DNA of 33,473 nt from an uncultured Christensenellaceae bacterium (lineage in GTDB: Bacteria > Bacillota > Clostridia > Christensenellales > CAG-1252): NCBI GenBank assembly GCA_964441295.1, contig CAYTUT010000002.1, positions 1-33,473 of the forward strand, given 5' to 3'. The first letter of the stretch is position 1. Every line of letters begins with the position of its first letter. The notes below the pieces were generated by a model. The model ran no database searches. It was not told where the DNA came from and saw only the letters and a list, made by a program, of their open reading frames with translations. Shown here piece by piece: positions 1 through 8,480 of this stretch. Made by a program: the position numbers and the translations under genes.

Positions 1-807
1 AACTCTCTTCATGGCATGTTCTTTGACGAATTGATAGCCCTTGCGGTGCGCGCTCTCCCATTCTCCTGTAAACACCGCCGATATGCGGTTGTCAAGATTC
101 ATTGCGACATTGACAATAAAGTCGGGATTGACAATCGAGGCGCCCTCTCGGATATTCTCCCATACCGGATTGCCCGATGTAATGCCCCAGGTTGCCTGCG
201 GTGAGATGATTCGGGCGGCATTGTGGTTGCGCATTATGCTTTGAATATCGCTTAGCCCCGGCAATATCGCCTTTGGCCCACCGCTAAAACCGGCGAAAAA
301 ATGCGGCTCAATAAAACCCGTGCATATCTTCAGGTCGGCGTTGAGAAACTCGCTGTTGATGTACAGCTTGTTGCCGTCTGCAAAGTCGCCGGCGTATCCC
401 ATTGTGGAATAGTCAAAGCTGTTATGCTGGACGCACCTGTAGTTTTGCGCAACCTCCGCGGTAAGCATAGCGCACAACTCAGCCTCTGTCTGCGGGCGGT
501 GGCTTCCCGTCATATTCACAAGGACGATATTCTCCTTCCTTATGCCTAACGCAAGCAATTCATTAAGCAGTACGGGTATAATGATGTGATTGGGCGTTGC
601 GCGCGTTATGTCGGTATGCGCTATCGCAACGGTCTTTCTGCCCAAAGTTAGTTCCCTCAGTCCGGCTCCAAAATCCGGAGCGTACAACTTTTGCCTGATT
701 ACCTCCCGGGGATTATCTGCAGCTATCTGCGCTGAAGGAAAAAAAACATCCGCCCTGTCTATGTCTATGTTTATTCCGCTTTTTCCGTAATCCAGCTGTA
801 TGTTCAT
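1..807 (-). CDS. LarA-family nickel-pincer-nucleotide-dependent 2-hydroxyacid racemase/epimerase, N-terminal 269 aa. The 3' end lies beyond the window start.
   Basis: It is missing from the ORF track because it is open at the window edge. My reverse-strand translation from ATG at 807..805 reads MNIQLDYGKSGINIDID...HTDITRATPNHIIIPVLLNEL...VNMTGSHRPQTEAEL...CTGFIEPHFFAGFSGGPKAILPG...IMRNHNA.... These match LarA signature blocks: the GxHRP His, the GFIExHFFAGFSGGxK Lys and the NH His. The frame stays open through position 1. Its ATG overlaps the upstream TGA (ATGA at 804-807). Confidence 0.85.
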   Translation of the reverse strand, partial: MNIQLDYGKSGINIDIDRADVFFPSAQIAADNPREVIRQKLYAPDFGAGLRELTLGRKTVAIAHTDITRATPNHIIIPVLLNELLALGIRKENIVLVNMTGSHRPQTEAELCAMLTAEVAQNYRCVQHNSFDYSTMGYAGDFADGNKLYINSEFLNADLKICTGFIEPHFFAGFSGGPKAILPGLSDIQSIMRNHNAARIISPQATWGITSGNPVWENIREGASIVNPDFIVNVAMNLDNRISAVFTGEWESAHRKGYQFVKEHAMKRV

Positions 808-1715
808 TTTTTCACATTCCCGTCGAAAAACTCGACCATATCCTTGATGACTATATCCTTATCAATATCCGATGTCAGCTCGTGACGCGCATCCTCGTAA
901 AGCTTCATTCTTACATTAAGGCCAAGCTGATTATACGCATCATATAGTTTTTGCACTTTCCTGCCCATTGCGCCCAAGGGATCCCTCGAACCACTTATCA
1001 TAAAGATAGGCAATGCTTTGCTTATCCTTGCCAATGCGCTCTTTTTGTAAGCTTTTTGCAACCCCCTCATCATGGAGTAGTAAAACCCATGGGTCATAAT
1101 GAAGTTGCAATAGGGGTCATCGTTGTACAGCGCCACCTTTTCCATATCGCGGTTAAGCCACGCATTATCAATCCCGTCTTGCAAAAAGGGCTTGTTATTG
1201 GCGACAAAAGTCATCTTAAACAGCATATGGTTGGGCTGGTCCATTCTGTATTTTGCCCTTTGCAGCGCAGTAAGCAGCTTGCCGAAAACCAGCTTTGCCC
1301 CGCCCATATGCGCCGAACCGGAGAGAATCAATCCGTCCAAAAGCTCAGCTTGACGCGTGATATATGACTGCGCCAAAAAAGAACCGTAGCTGTGAGCGAA
1401 AAGCTGAACAGGCAAGTTGAATCTGGACTTGAGCATTTTGGTTATCTCGATTTCATCAAGTACGTTTTCCTCGAAGTTGTTTTTGCCTGCTTTACCCAGA
1501 TTATCCATCCCTGCAGTGTCGCCGTGCGGACGATGGTCATCTCCGTAGGCGATATAGCCGTATCTGTTGAGCTCCTGTCCCAGCTCCATATATCTTTTCA
1601 TGTGAGAGGTCATTCCGTGAAGTATCTGCACAACCCCTTTCGGGTTAACAACATCATCCCACAAGAAGCAGGCAAGCTCCTTGCCGTCATAGCTTATAAA
1701 AGTCTCTTTTTTCAT
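804..1715 (-). CDS. Alpha/beta-fold hydrolase (lysophospholipase/monoacylglycerol-lipase-like serine esterase)
   Basis: 303-aa ORF. It has HGMTSH (an oxyanion HG-type block), a nucleophile elbow AHSYGS (GxSxG-like), and a late D...H (SGSRDP...ARHEL). The RBS AGGGGA lies upstream of the ATG at 1715. Confidence 0.8.
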   Translation of the reverse strand: MKKETFISYDGKELACFLWDDVVNPKGVVQILHGMTSHMKRYMELGQELNRYGYIAYGDDHRPHGDTAGMDNLGKAGKNNFEENVLDEIEITKMLKSRFNLPVQLFAHSYGSFLAQSYITRQAELLDGLILSGSAHMGGAKLVFGKLLTALQRAKYRMDQPNHMLFKMTFVANNKPFLQDGIDNAWLNRDMEKVALYNDDPYCNFIMTHGFYYSMMRGLQKAYKKSALARISKALPIFMISGSRDPLGAMGRKVQKLYDAYNQLGLNVRMKLYEDARHELTSDIDKDIVIKDMVEFFDGNVKK

Positions 1716-1746
1716 ATTTCCCCTATTCCTTAATTTGCTACGAACA

Positions 1747-1775
1747 ATTATACAATATTAGCGCGCATTAATCAA
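1747..1775 (-). promoter_or_regulatory. Sigma-A-type promoter for the hydrolase/LarA-like pair
   Basis: The minus strand reads TTGATT (1775-1770), a 17-nt spacer, then TATAAT (1752-1747). This sits about 30 nt upstream of the ATG at 1715. Confidence 0.5.
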
Positions 1776-1920
1776 TACCTGCGCTTCCATTTGAAGCGCC
1801 AAATAATTATTATGCAAAGCACAGCCGGTATTGGGTAACTAGCCGTTAGGGAATAGTCATCGGTATGCCTTGATACTTCATTGCTGCAAGCCTTTTTTGC
1901 AAGTGTTAATCCCTGACGGC

Positions 1921-1951
1921 AATAAAAAAGCGGTGGATAATGCTCCCCCGC
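1921..1951 (-). terminator. Rho-independent terminator ending the long uxaC...TIM-barrel operon
   Basis: The minus strand reads GCGGGGG-agcattat-CCACCGC followed by TTTTTTATT. That is a 7-bp GC-rich stem with one mismatch. It lies about 65 nt downstream of the stop at 2015. Confidence 0.6.
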
Positions 1952-2014
1952 CCTTTGCTGTGTCAAATATATACGGCTATAGCCAAAAGACCAAGTATAA
2001 TGGATTATTGCACA

Positions 2015-2773
2015 TTAATAAATCTTTCTTAGATAGTTCAAGCTGTACTCAATGCTTTTGAAAGGATTAGGGGACAAGTCAAGCTCTACGACCGCGTTCT
2101 TTATGCCTGCCTGCTCCGAACAATGCAAAATATTCCCGAAGTTCAGCGCGCCCTTTCCGATAGCGCGAAACACCGGCACTCCCAGTATTTTTTTATAATC
2201 CTTGAGATGCAGGGTGCTGACACGGCCTTTGAGGCGCCTGATATACGCCTCGGGGTCATAGCCGCCGACCTTAATCCAAAAGGTGTCGGGTATAAAATGC
2301 ACGTCGCCAAGCGTGTTTTCAATCATATAATCGTATATAATCTCACCGTCTGCGCGCTTGAACTCAAAGTGATGGTTATGATATGCAATATTCATACCGA
2401 ATTTTTTGAGCTTCTCGGCAGTGGTGTTCAATATCTCTACAAAACGGCGTATGTCGTCAAGCTTCCCGGTTCGGAAAACTTTCGGCATCATGCCTATACC
2501 GATGCTCCGACAGTTAAACTCGGCATGCTCCTCTGCGAGACGCTCCAAGTCATCGACAATGCGCTTGTATGGAGAGTGAGTAATACATATTGGCAGTCTG
2601 TTATCGTCGGAAATCCTTTTGAGCTCGGCACTTGAGAGCGCCGCGCCCCCCGATACCTGCACTACCTCGGCAGAAAGCGCTTTAACTCTAGCAAAGACTG
2701 CCGCCATGCTTGCCGCATCCTTAATATACTTCCTCAGCGAGTACAGCTGAACGCCTATTTTGATTTTTTCCAT
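2015..2773 (-). CDS. Sugar phosphate isomerase/epimerase family protein (xylose-isomerase-like TIM barrel, AP_endonuc_2 fold)
   Basis: The protein begins MEKIKIGVQLYSLRKY... and contains IAYHNHHFEF and TLHLKDY blocks typical of this fold. I moved the start from 2824 to the ATG at 2773, which has a GGGGAGAG RBS. The longer ORF would abut the upstream stop. Confidence 0.8.
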   Translation of the reverse strand: MEKIKIGVQLYSLRKYIKDAASMAAVFARVKALSAEVVQVSGGAALSSAELKRISDDNRLPICITHSPYKRIVDDLERLAEEHAEFNCRSIGIGMMPKVFRTGKLDDIRRFVEILNTTAEKLKKFGMNIAYHNHHFEFKRADGEIIYDYMIENTLGDVHFIPDTFWIKVGGYDPEAYIRRLKGRVSTLHLKDYKKILGVPVFRAIGKGALNFGNILHCSEQAGIKNAVVELDLSPNPFKSIEYSLNYLRKIY

Positions 2774-2823
2774 ATTCACTCTCCCCACCCGCTCAAAGCG
2801 CTTATTGCCGCTAAGCGCGGACA

Positions 2824-4290
2824 TTAATCTCTGTTCTCAAAATAGCTTCTCAAGACTGCTTCCTTTTCTATCTGCAGTTCTGCCAGCTTCTTCTTGTTAA
2901 GCGGATATAGGAACCACAATACAAAAAACATCAGCAAAAACATAACCGCGGGAATCAGCACCGCAAGATCATACATCTTGTAGAGCGTGGAAGCCGCCTG
3001 AACGGCGCTATCTTTATCATAGGCTATCCAAATCAGCGCGGCATTAGCTAGTATCGCGGCGATTGTGTGCCCCAGCTTTCTTGTAAAGCTGTATACAGCG
3101 TAGCTCGTCGCATCCTCTCTCGTGCCTATCTTTACCTCGTTGTAGTCAATAGCGTCAGTGACAAGCGCCCAGACCTGCAGAAGGAAAAGCGCCGTGCCGA
3201 GCCCAGAAAAGAAGCACAGCGCAAGGAAGATATAGGGATTGGATGTCTTGAGGAAAAATAGCACAAAATTGGCAATTGCGGCAAGCAGCATACCCAATGC
3301 GCAGATCTCCTTTTTGCCAGCTGCTGCAATAATCTTCTGAGCTACAAAAATTAATATGACCATGGGCGCATATGTCGTCAGTGTCACCAAAAAATACAAG
3401 CCCGGCGAATTGAAATAGTCTTTGAACAGATATAAATAGTAGCTCTGCATAAACATTTGACCTGCTATCATCAGCATTGACGCTATGCAAATTACTAAAA
3501 ACGGGCGGCTTTTGAAAAGACTTTTTACGATTCTTGCAGTATCGCCCTTTTGCCTTACTGCAGGAGGCGCGGTCTGCACTCTTTCCCTTGTCCATCTGTA
3601 CGAGAAATAAAAAGCGACAATGGACAACACCGCCATAATCGAGACACCGATAATTAATCGCGGATAGTTGACCTCGCTTGCCTCCTTACCGTCCACAACG
3701 ACCTTGACAATGCAAAAGCTCGAAAGGAATATTGCGGGCAGACCGCCTATTCCAGAGCCGATAGCGCGAAAAACGGATAGGGAGGAGCGCTCCTTTTCGT
3801 TAGTTGTTATTACCGATGCAAGCGAGCCGTAGGGGATATTAACAGCAGTATAGAGCATACCGTACACTATATATGTGACCGTAGCAAAAATAAAGTATCC
3901 CGTCACGCTAAGCCCGGGAATCTTAATAAACATAAGCACCGTGCTCAAAGCGAGCGGATAGGATATCCACACCAGCCATGGTCTGTATCTGCCGTTTTTG
4001 CCCACTTTTTTGCTGTCTACTACCCTGCCCCAAATCGTGTCGTTGACCGCGTCCCAAAGCCGCGCCACGGTAAAGAGTATCATGAGCCAGCCCGGGTCAA
4101 TTTTGAGCACATCGGTATAATAGGTCTGCAATATCGATGTGACCAGCCCGAAAGACATCAAGCAGGCAAAATCGCCCAACGCGTAGCCGATTTTGTCCAC
4201 AAACTTTATGCCGCTTGTCCTCTCTATGTACGAATCGGAGCTCTCCTTGGCGCTAATTGCTCCCGTCTCCTGTTTTATGCCGTCATTCAT
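2824..4290 (-). CDS. MFS transporter of the glycoside-pentoside-hexuronide (GPH):cation symporter family (MelB/UidB/YicJ-like)
   Basis: About 12 hydrophobic segments. GPH blocks are present: IGYALGDFA, YYTDVL, ARLWDAVNDTIWGRVVD, GRYRPW, VNIPYGSLA. I placed the start at the ATG at 4290 (MNDGIKQ...), because the 515-aa ORF would overlap the upstream gene by 74 nt. Confidence 0.85.
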   Translation of the reverse strand: MNDGIKQETGAISAKESSDSYIERTSGIKFVDKIGYALGDFACLMSFGLVTSILQTYYTDVLKIDPGWLMILFTVARLWDAVNDTIWGRVVDSKKVGKNGRYRPWLVWISYPLALSTVLMFIKIPGLSVTGYFIFATVTYIVYGMLYTAVNIPYGSLASVITTNEKERSSLSVFRAIGSGIGGLPAIFLSSFCIVKVVVDGKEASEVNYPRLIIGVSIMAVLSIVAFYFSYRWTRERVQTAPPAVRQKGDTARIVKSLFKSRPFLVICIASMLMIAGQMFMQSYYLYLFKDYFNSPGLYFLVTLTTYAPMVILIFVAQKIIAAAGKKEICALGMLLAAIANFVLFFLKTSNPYIFLALCFFSGLGTALFLLQVWALVTDAIDYNEVKIGTREDATSYAVYSFTRKLGHTIAAILANAALIWIAYDKDSAVQAASTLYKMYDLAVLIPAVMFLLMFFVLWFLYPLNKKKLAELQIEKEAVLRSYFENRD

Positions 4291-4297
4291 TGCGGTT

Positions 4298-5452
4298 TTA
4301 GTGCTTGACGCCGCTTTTGGCTTCCAGCTTTTTGCACTTTTCCAGCTCGGATATAAACAGCTCTTCGTCAAGCGGTATGCTTACTTCTCTTCTGAGCCAG
4401 CCCGAAAGATGTATAGCGTTGGAAAATGTCAGCCCGATTATGCCCTCACTGCCGGGGGCTATAAAGTTGTTGTCACGCCTTAGCAGCACATCGGTAAAGT
4501 TTTTGATAACGCCCATATGCTGAATCGGATACTTAAAAGGCCTAAGATACCTTTCGAGCCCGCGGTATGTGTACTTGGTCGTTGCGGGCTTGCCCATAAA
4601 GACCTCGTTAACCCTACTGAATTCGGGCTCAGGCACTGTATTTTTGGTAAAGGTCAGCTTGCCTCTTTCAATTACTATCTTGCCGCCGTCGCCTGTAATC
4701 TCGAGACGGTTGGTGCCGGGAGCGTCATGCGTCGAAGTAATAAAAACTCCCGTCGCGCCGTTGGCAAACTTGCAATAGGCGGTAACATCGTTCTCTACAT
4801 TTATCTCTCTGCAACGGGTGCTGATTGTACTCATTACCGATACGGGCAGTCCTGCAAGCCAGGTGAACAAGTCCAGTTGATGCGGACACTGATTAATCAA
4901 TACTCCGCCGCCCTCGCCCCACCAGGTGCCTCTCCAGCCGCCCTGCGCGTAATAGGCTCTCGGACGGTACCAGTTGGTGATTATCCACACAATACGCTTC
5001 AACTCGCCGAGCGCGCCTCCCGCTATCAGCTCCTTCGCTTTAATGTACAGAGGGTTTGTGCGCTGATTGAACATCATGCCAAATAGCTGATTGGGATATT
5101 TTTTTGCCTCCTCGTTAAGCTCTCTAACCTGCTTTGTGTACACACCCGCGGGCTTGTCGCACAAGACATGCAATCCCTTTCGGAATGCGGCAATCGATAT
5201 TTCGGGATGAAAATAATGAGGTGTGACTACCATAACGGCATCAATTAGCCCGCTTTCGAACATTTTGTTGTAGTCGTCAAATACCTCTACGCCGGCAAGC
5301 TTTGCCTTCGCCCAGGCTCTTCTCTCTTCGGATATGTCGCACACGGCGGCAAGCTCCGCTCCCTTTATAAACCGTCTTAATTTGGTAAAAAGCGTGGTGT
5401 AATACGCGCCTTGCTTGCCAATACCCACTATCCCGTATCTTACTTTATCCAT
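4298..5452 (-). CDS. Gfo/Idh/MocA-family NAD(P)-dependent oxidoreductase (paralog A)
   Basis: N-terminal Rossmann motif YGIVGIGKQG, an active-site region CDKP (EKP-type), and a C-terminal block WYRPRAYYAQGGWRGTWWGEGGGVLINQCPHQLDLFTWL. The RBS GGAGGG is present. Confidence 0.85.
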   Translation of the reverse strand: MDKVRYGIVGIGKQGAYYTTLFTKLRRFIKGAELAAVCDISEERRAWAKAKLAGVEVFDDYNKMFESGLIDAVMVVTPHYFHPEISIAAFRKGLHVLCDKPAGVYTKQVRELNEEAKKYPNQLFGMMFNQRTNPLYIKAKELIAGGALGELKRIVWIITNWYRPRAYYAQGGWRGTWWGEGGGVLINQCPHQLDLFTWLAGLPVSVMSTISTRCREINVENDVTAYCKFANGATGVFITSTHDAPGTNRLEITGDGGKIVIERGKLTFTKNTVPEPEFSRVNEVFMGKPATTKYTYRGLERYLRPFKYPIQHMGVIKNFTDVLLRRDNNFIAPGSEGIIGLTFSNAIHLSGWLRREVSIPLDEELFISELEKCKKLEAKSGVKH

Positions 5453-5463
5453 ACGCCCTCCGG

Positions 5464-6384
5464 TTACTTTATTTCGCTGATCAATTTTTGCAGATTCTTA
5501 TACTGCCAAACAAAAACCTCTTTGCCCGATACTTTCTTATAGAAAGGTACACCCATGTCCTTATCAATCTTCCTGAATGCTCTAAAAAAGCCATTGAGTA
5601 TAAGCGGCATAAAAGGCACAAAATATACCGGAAGCTTCATTATCGAATACTTCAGGGTGTGCGGCTCCATGGTCAAAAAGCCGTTATAGCCGCTTTGCTT
5701 GATTTCTCTAAGAATAGTACTGTACCCGCCAAGCCCTGTACCTACGGGCACCTCCACCTTGTACTTTGAACAATCCTTGATATGATAATACACCGTGTAT
5801 CCTTTGAGCATATCAAATGCCTTGAGCGGCTCGATATCGCACTGCACATAATTGGATGCGTCGAAGCACAGCACAAAATCAGGATTATCGATATCCTTGT
5901 AAAGCCTGATTACCCTTTCTGGCACATCTCCGTACACCTTCTTTTCGTTCTCATGCATTAGCTTTACACCGCTGTTTTCAGCAATTTTTAAGAATTCGCG
6001 AAGCTTTGCTACAACCTTATCATGGCACGAATCAGGATTCTGCTTACCATAGAAAAAGGAAAAAATACGGATATACCCGCAATTCATGGCCTGCGCTATC
6101 TTGATTAGCTCGCCGAGCTGTTTTTTCTGCCGCTCGAATCCTTCCTCGTCATCTATGCCTACCTTACCGATTGGAGAGCCGATGGAAGAAAACTTGATAC
6201 CGTTATCGTCAAGGACGGGCTTTATGTCGCGGACAAACTCATCGGCAGTGTAATTGGCGATATTCTTGCCGTTGACGGTGCGCGGACACATATAACTTTC
6301 GCCGAATTCTTTAATCGCTTCTATCTGCTTACTCAAATCACCGCTGATTTCATCATAAAAACCCGAAATAATAAACTTGCTCAT
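5464..6384 (-). CDS. Sugar phosphate isomerase/epimerase family protein (xylose-isomerase-like TIM barrel)
   Basis: Begins MSKFIISGFYDEISGDLSKQIE... and contains YIRIFSF, KLMHENEK, YYHIKD and LTMEPH metal-ligand-type blocks. The RBS is GAAGAGGTG. Confidence 0.8.
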   Translation of the reverse strand: MSKFIISGFYDEISGDLSKQIEAIKEFGESYMCPRTVNGKNIANYTADEFVRDIKPVLDDNGIKFSSIGSPIGKVGIDDEEGFERQKKQLGELIKIAQAMNCGYIRIFSFFYGKQNPDSCHDKVVAKLREFLKIAENSGVKLMHENEKKVYGDVPERVIRLYKDIDNPDFVLCFDASNYVQCDIEPLKAFDMLKGYTVYYHIKDCSKYKVEVPVGTGLGGYSTILREIKQSGYNGFLTMEPHTLKYSIMKLPVYFVPFMPLILNGFFRAFRKIDKDMGVPFYKKVSGKEVFVWQYKNLQKLISEIK

Positions 6385-6396
6385 AATGCACCTCTT

Positions 6397-7518
6397 CTAT
6401 ATATTCTTTTCTTGTTCTTGCTTTTCAGCAAGCTTTATGTCGTATTCCCTGTCGTCAATAGGCAGTGTTATCTCCCTCTTGCTCCATTCGGAGAGATAAA
6501 TTGCGTTAATCAACTCAACCGCCGCCTGTCCCTCGTCCGCTCTTGCAAGCATGTCGCCTTTGCCTGACACCGCGGCTGCAAATGCCCTTACCGAGCGCAG
6601 CTGCTGACCCAGCGCAATGTCGCGGATACCGCGGATTATGCCGTATGAATACACCTTCTTGACGCTCGGCGCAAAGCCGTAGCCGAACTTTGTTGTCGCG
6701 TTAACCTCTTTTTCGCTCTTATGCGACCATACACGCATATTAAAAGGCGTGATAAAGATTTTGCCCTTGTCACAAGCTATCTCCAGTCTGTTGGTACCCT
6801 TCAGCTCGTGTGAAGAAGCCGAAAACATACAATTAAAACCCTTGTATCTGAGTATTGCGGAGACATCGTTCTCCACAGTTATGCGGCGATTGACCGTCTT
6901 GCACTCAGCATACACCGACTCGGGCATACCGATAAGCCATTGCAGAATGTCGAGCTGATGCACGCACTGGTTAAGCAGACAACCTCCGCCCTCGCCTGTA
7001 TAACTTGCGCGCCATCCGCCCTCGTTGTAGTATGCTTGAGAGCGGTACCAGTCAGTGATGACAAAATCCGCTCTTTGAATAGCGCCCAGCGCCCCGCTGT
7101 CCAGCAGACTCTTTGCTTTGCAATACAATCTGTTGGACCTTTGGTTGTATGATACCCCTACCTTAACCTTTGGAAACTGTTTTGCGGTATCCACAAGCTT
7201 TTTGCATGCTGATACGGTAACTGCAAGCGGCTTTTCTATAAGGGTATTGACACCCTTTTTTATGCAATACTCGGCAATTACGGTATGTGAAAAATGCTCG
7301 GTCACTATAATTACGCCGTCCAAAACTTCTTTATCAAGCATCTCCTTGTAATCTGTGTAGCGGTTGGCTTTTTTTGCATATGTTTTGCACCACTCGAGGG
7401 CTTCCGCGCTTATGTCGCATACCGCGGTAAGCCTTACTCCGCGGGCAAAGCCGCGCGCTAGATTAAAAGCGTGGCGCTTACCCATTCTGCCTATTCCAAT
7501 TATCGCAAAGTTAAGCAT
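6397..7518 (-). CDS. Gfo/Idh/MocA-family NAD(P)-dependent oxidoreductase (paralog B)
   Basis: Contains FAIIGIGRMGKRH, IEKP and WYRSQAYYNEGGWRASYTGEGGGCLLNQCVHQLDILQWL. It aligns clearly with the 4298..5452 product. Confidence 0.85.
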   Translation of the reverse strand: MLNFAIIGIGRMGKRHAFNLARGFARGVRLTAVCDISAEALEWCKTYAKKANRYTDYKEMLDKEVLDGVIIVTEHFSHTVIAEYCIKKGVNTLIEKPLAVTVSACKKLVDTAKQFPKVKVGVSYNQRSNRLYCKAKSLLDSGALGAIQRADFVITDWYRSQAYYNEGGWRASYTGEGGGCLLNQCVHQLDILQWLIGMPESVYAECKTVNRRITVENDVSAILRYKGFNCMFSASSHELKGTNRLEIACDKGKIFITPFNMRVWSHKSEKEVNATTKFGYGFAPSVKKVYSYGIIRGIRDIALGQQLRSVRAFAAAVSGKGDMLARADEGQAAVELINAIYLSEWSKREITLPIDDREYDIKLAEKQEQEKNI

Positions 7519-7577
7519 AAATCGACCTCATATTTTTGTCGTGTACAATTTAGCATAACAGCTATTCGCTGATACCG

Positions 7578-8420
7578 CTATACTCCGCTGTACGCGCTGA
7601 ATCCGCCATCTATCGGCAAGACCACGCCAGTAATAAAGCCCGCTTCGCTCTCCGAGAGCAGCAGCTTGACGGCACCGAGTAATTCGTCTATTTCGCCAAA
7701 ACGCCCCATAGGAGTAGCCGCAAGTATTTTGCCCGTGCGAGGAGTGGGCGTACCGTCCTCGTTATAGAGCAGCGCGCGGTTTTGATTAGTCACAAAAAAG
7801 CCGGGGGCTATTGCATTAACCCGTATCCCCGATTTAGCAAAATGCACGGCGAGCCACTCGGTAAAGTTGCTAACCGCCGCCTTTGCGCCGCTGTACGCGG
7901 GGATTTTTGTGAGCGGGGCAAATGCGTTCATGGATGAAATATTGAGTATTGAGCAGCCTTTTTTGCCCAGCATATCTTTTGCAAAAACCTGCGTGGGTAA
8001 AAATGTGCCCAAAAAATTAAGGTCAAACACGAATCTCACGCCGTTTTCGTCAAGGGCGAAAAAATCCTTGTCATAGCTCTTTCCCGGCTCGCAATACTCG
8101 TTATCGGTAGTTGCCCGTGGATTGTTGCCGCCCGCGCCGTTGATTAATATGTCCGCGGTGCCTATGTCTTGCAGTATTGCCTCGCGCGCTTGCAGTAAGG
8201 ACTGTTTTTGCAGTACATTCGCCGCATATGCCTTGGCAATGCCGCCGTTACCAGTTATTGTGTCCGCCATAGCCTGCGCGGCGGCTTGATTAAGGTCAAG
8301 CAAAGCGACCTTCGCGCCCAGCAAGGCTAATGCCTCCGCCACTCTGCCGCAGATAATACCGCCTGCGCCTGTTATTACTGCTACTTTGCCCTCAACACCG
8401 CAATCAAAACCTCTGTTCAT
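7578..8420 (-). CDS. uxuB: SDR-family oxidoreductase, UxuB-type D-mannonate/fructuronate oxidoreductase
   Basis: Contains GKVAVITGAGGIICG (TGxxxGxG), NGAGGN and YSGAKAAV (YxxxK), with a C-terminal PIDGGFSAYSGV typical of SDR-type UxuB. It is adjacent to uxuA. I moved the start to the ATG at 8420, which has a GAGGAGAG RBS. Confidence 0.7.
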   Translation of the reverse strand: MNRGFDCGVEGKVAVITGAGGIICGRVAEALALLGAKVALLDLNQAAAQAMADTITGNGGIAKAYAANVLQKQSLLQAREAILQDIGTADILINGAGGNNPRATTDNEYCEPGKSYDKDFFALDENGVRFVFDLNFLGTFLPTQVFAKDMLGKKGCSILNISSMNAFAPLTKIPAYSGAKAAVSNFTEWLAVHFAKSGIRVNAIAPGFFVTNQNRALLYNEDGTPTPRTGKILAATPMGRFGEIDELLGAVKLLLSESEAGFITGVVLPIDGGFSAYSGV

Positions 8421-8480
8421 AATTCTCTCCTCAATCCCGCTCGGCATCGCGCCGACGCATAACCCCAATGCAATAATGCT

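Noticed and set aside
1772-1966. A 64-aa minus-strand ORF in the 299-bp spacer between the TIM-barrel gene and the hydrolase gene.
   Set aside because: - It spans the predicted terminator and runs into the promoter region.
- It has no RBS, and its composition is implausible.
- The spacer is better explained by terminator + palindrome + promoter.
4517-5086. A 189-aa antisense ORF inside Gfo/Idh/MocA paralog A. Similar antisense ORFs occur at 2123..2635, 3155..3595, 8569..9072, 13788..14393, 15746..16132, 16479..17066 and 32100..32528.
   Set aside because: - All lie opposite genes with strong family signatures.
- All lack RBSs and have skewed, low-complexity or Arg/Ser/Cys-rich composition typical of shadow frames.
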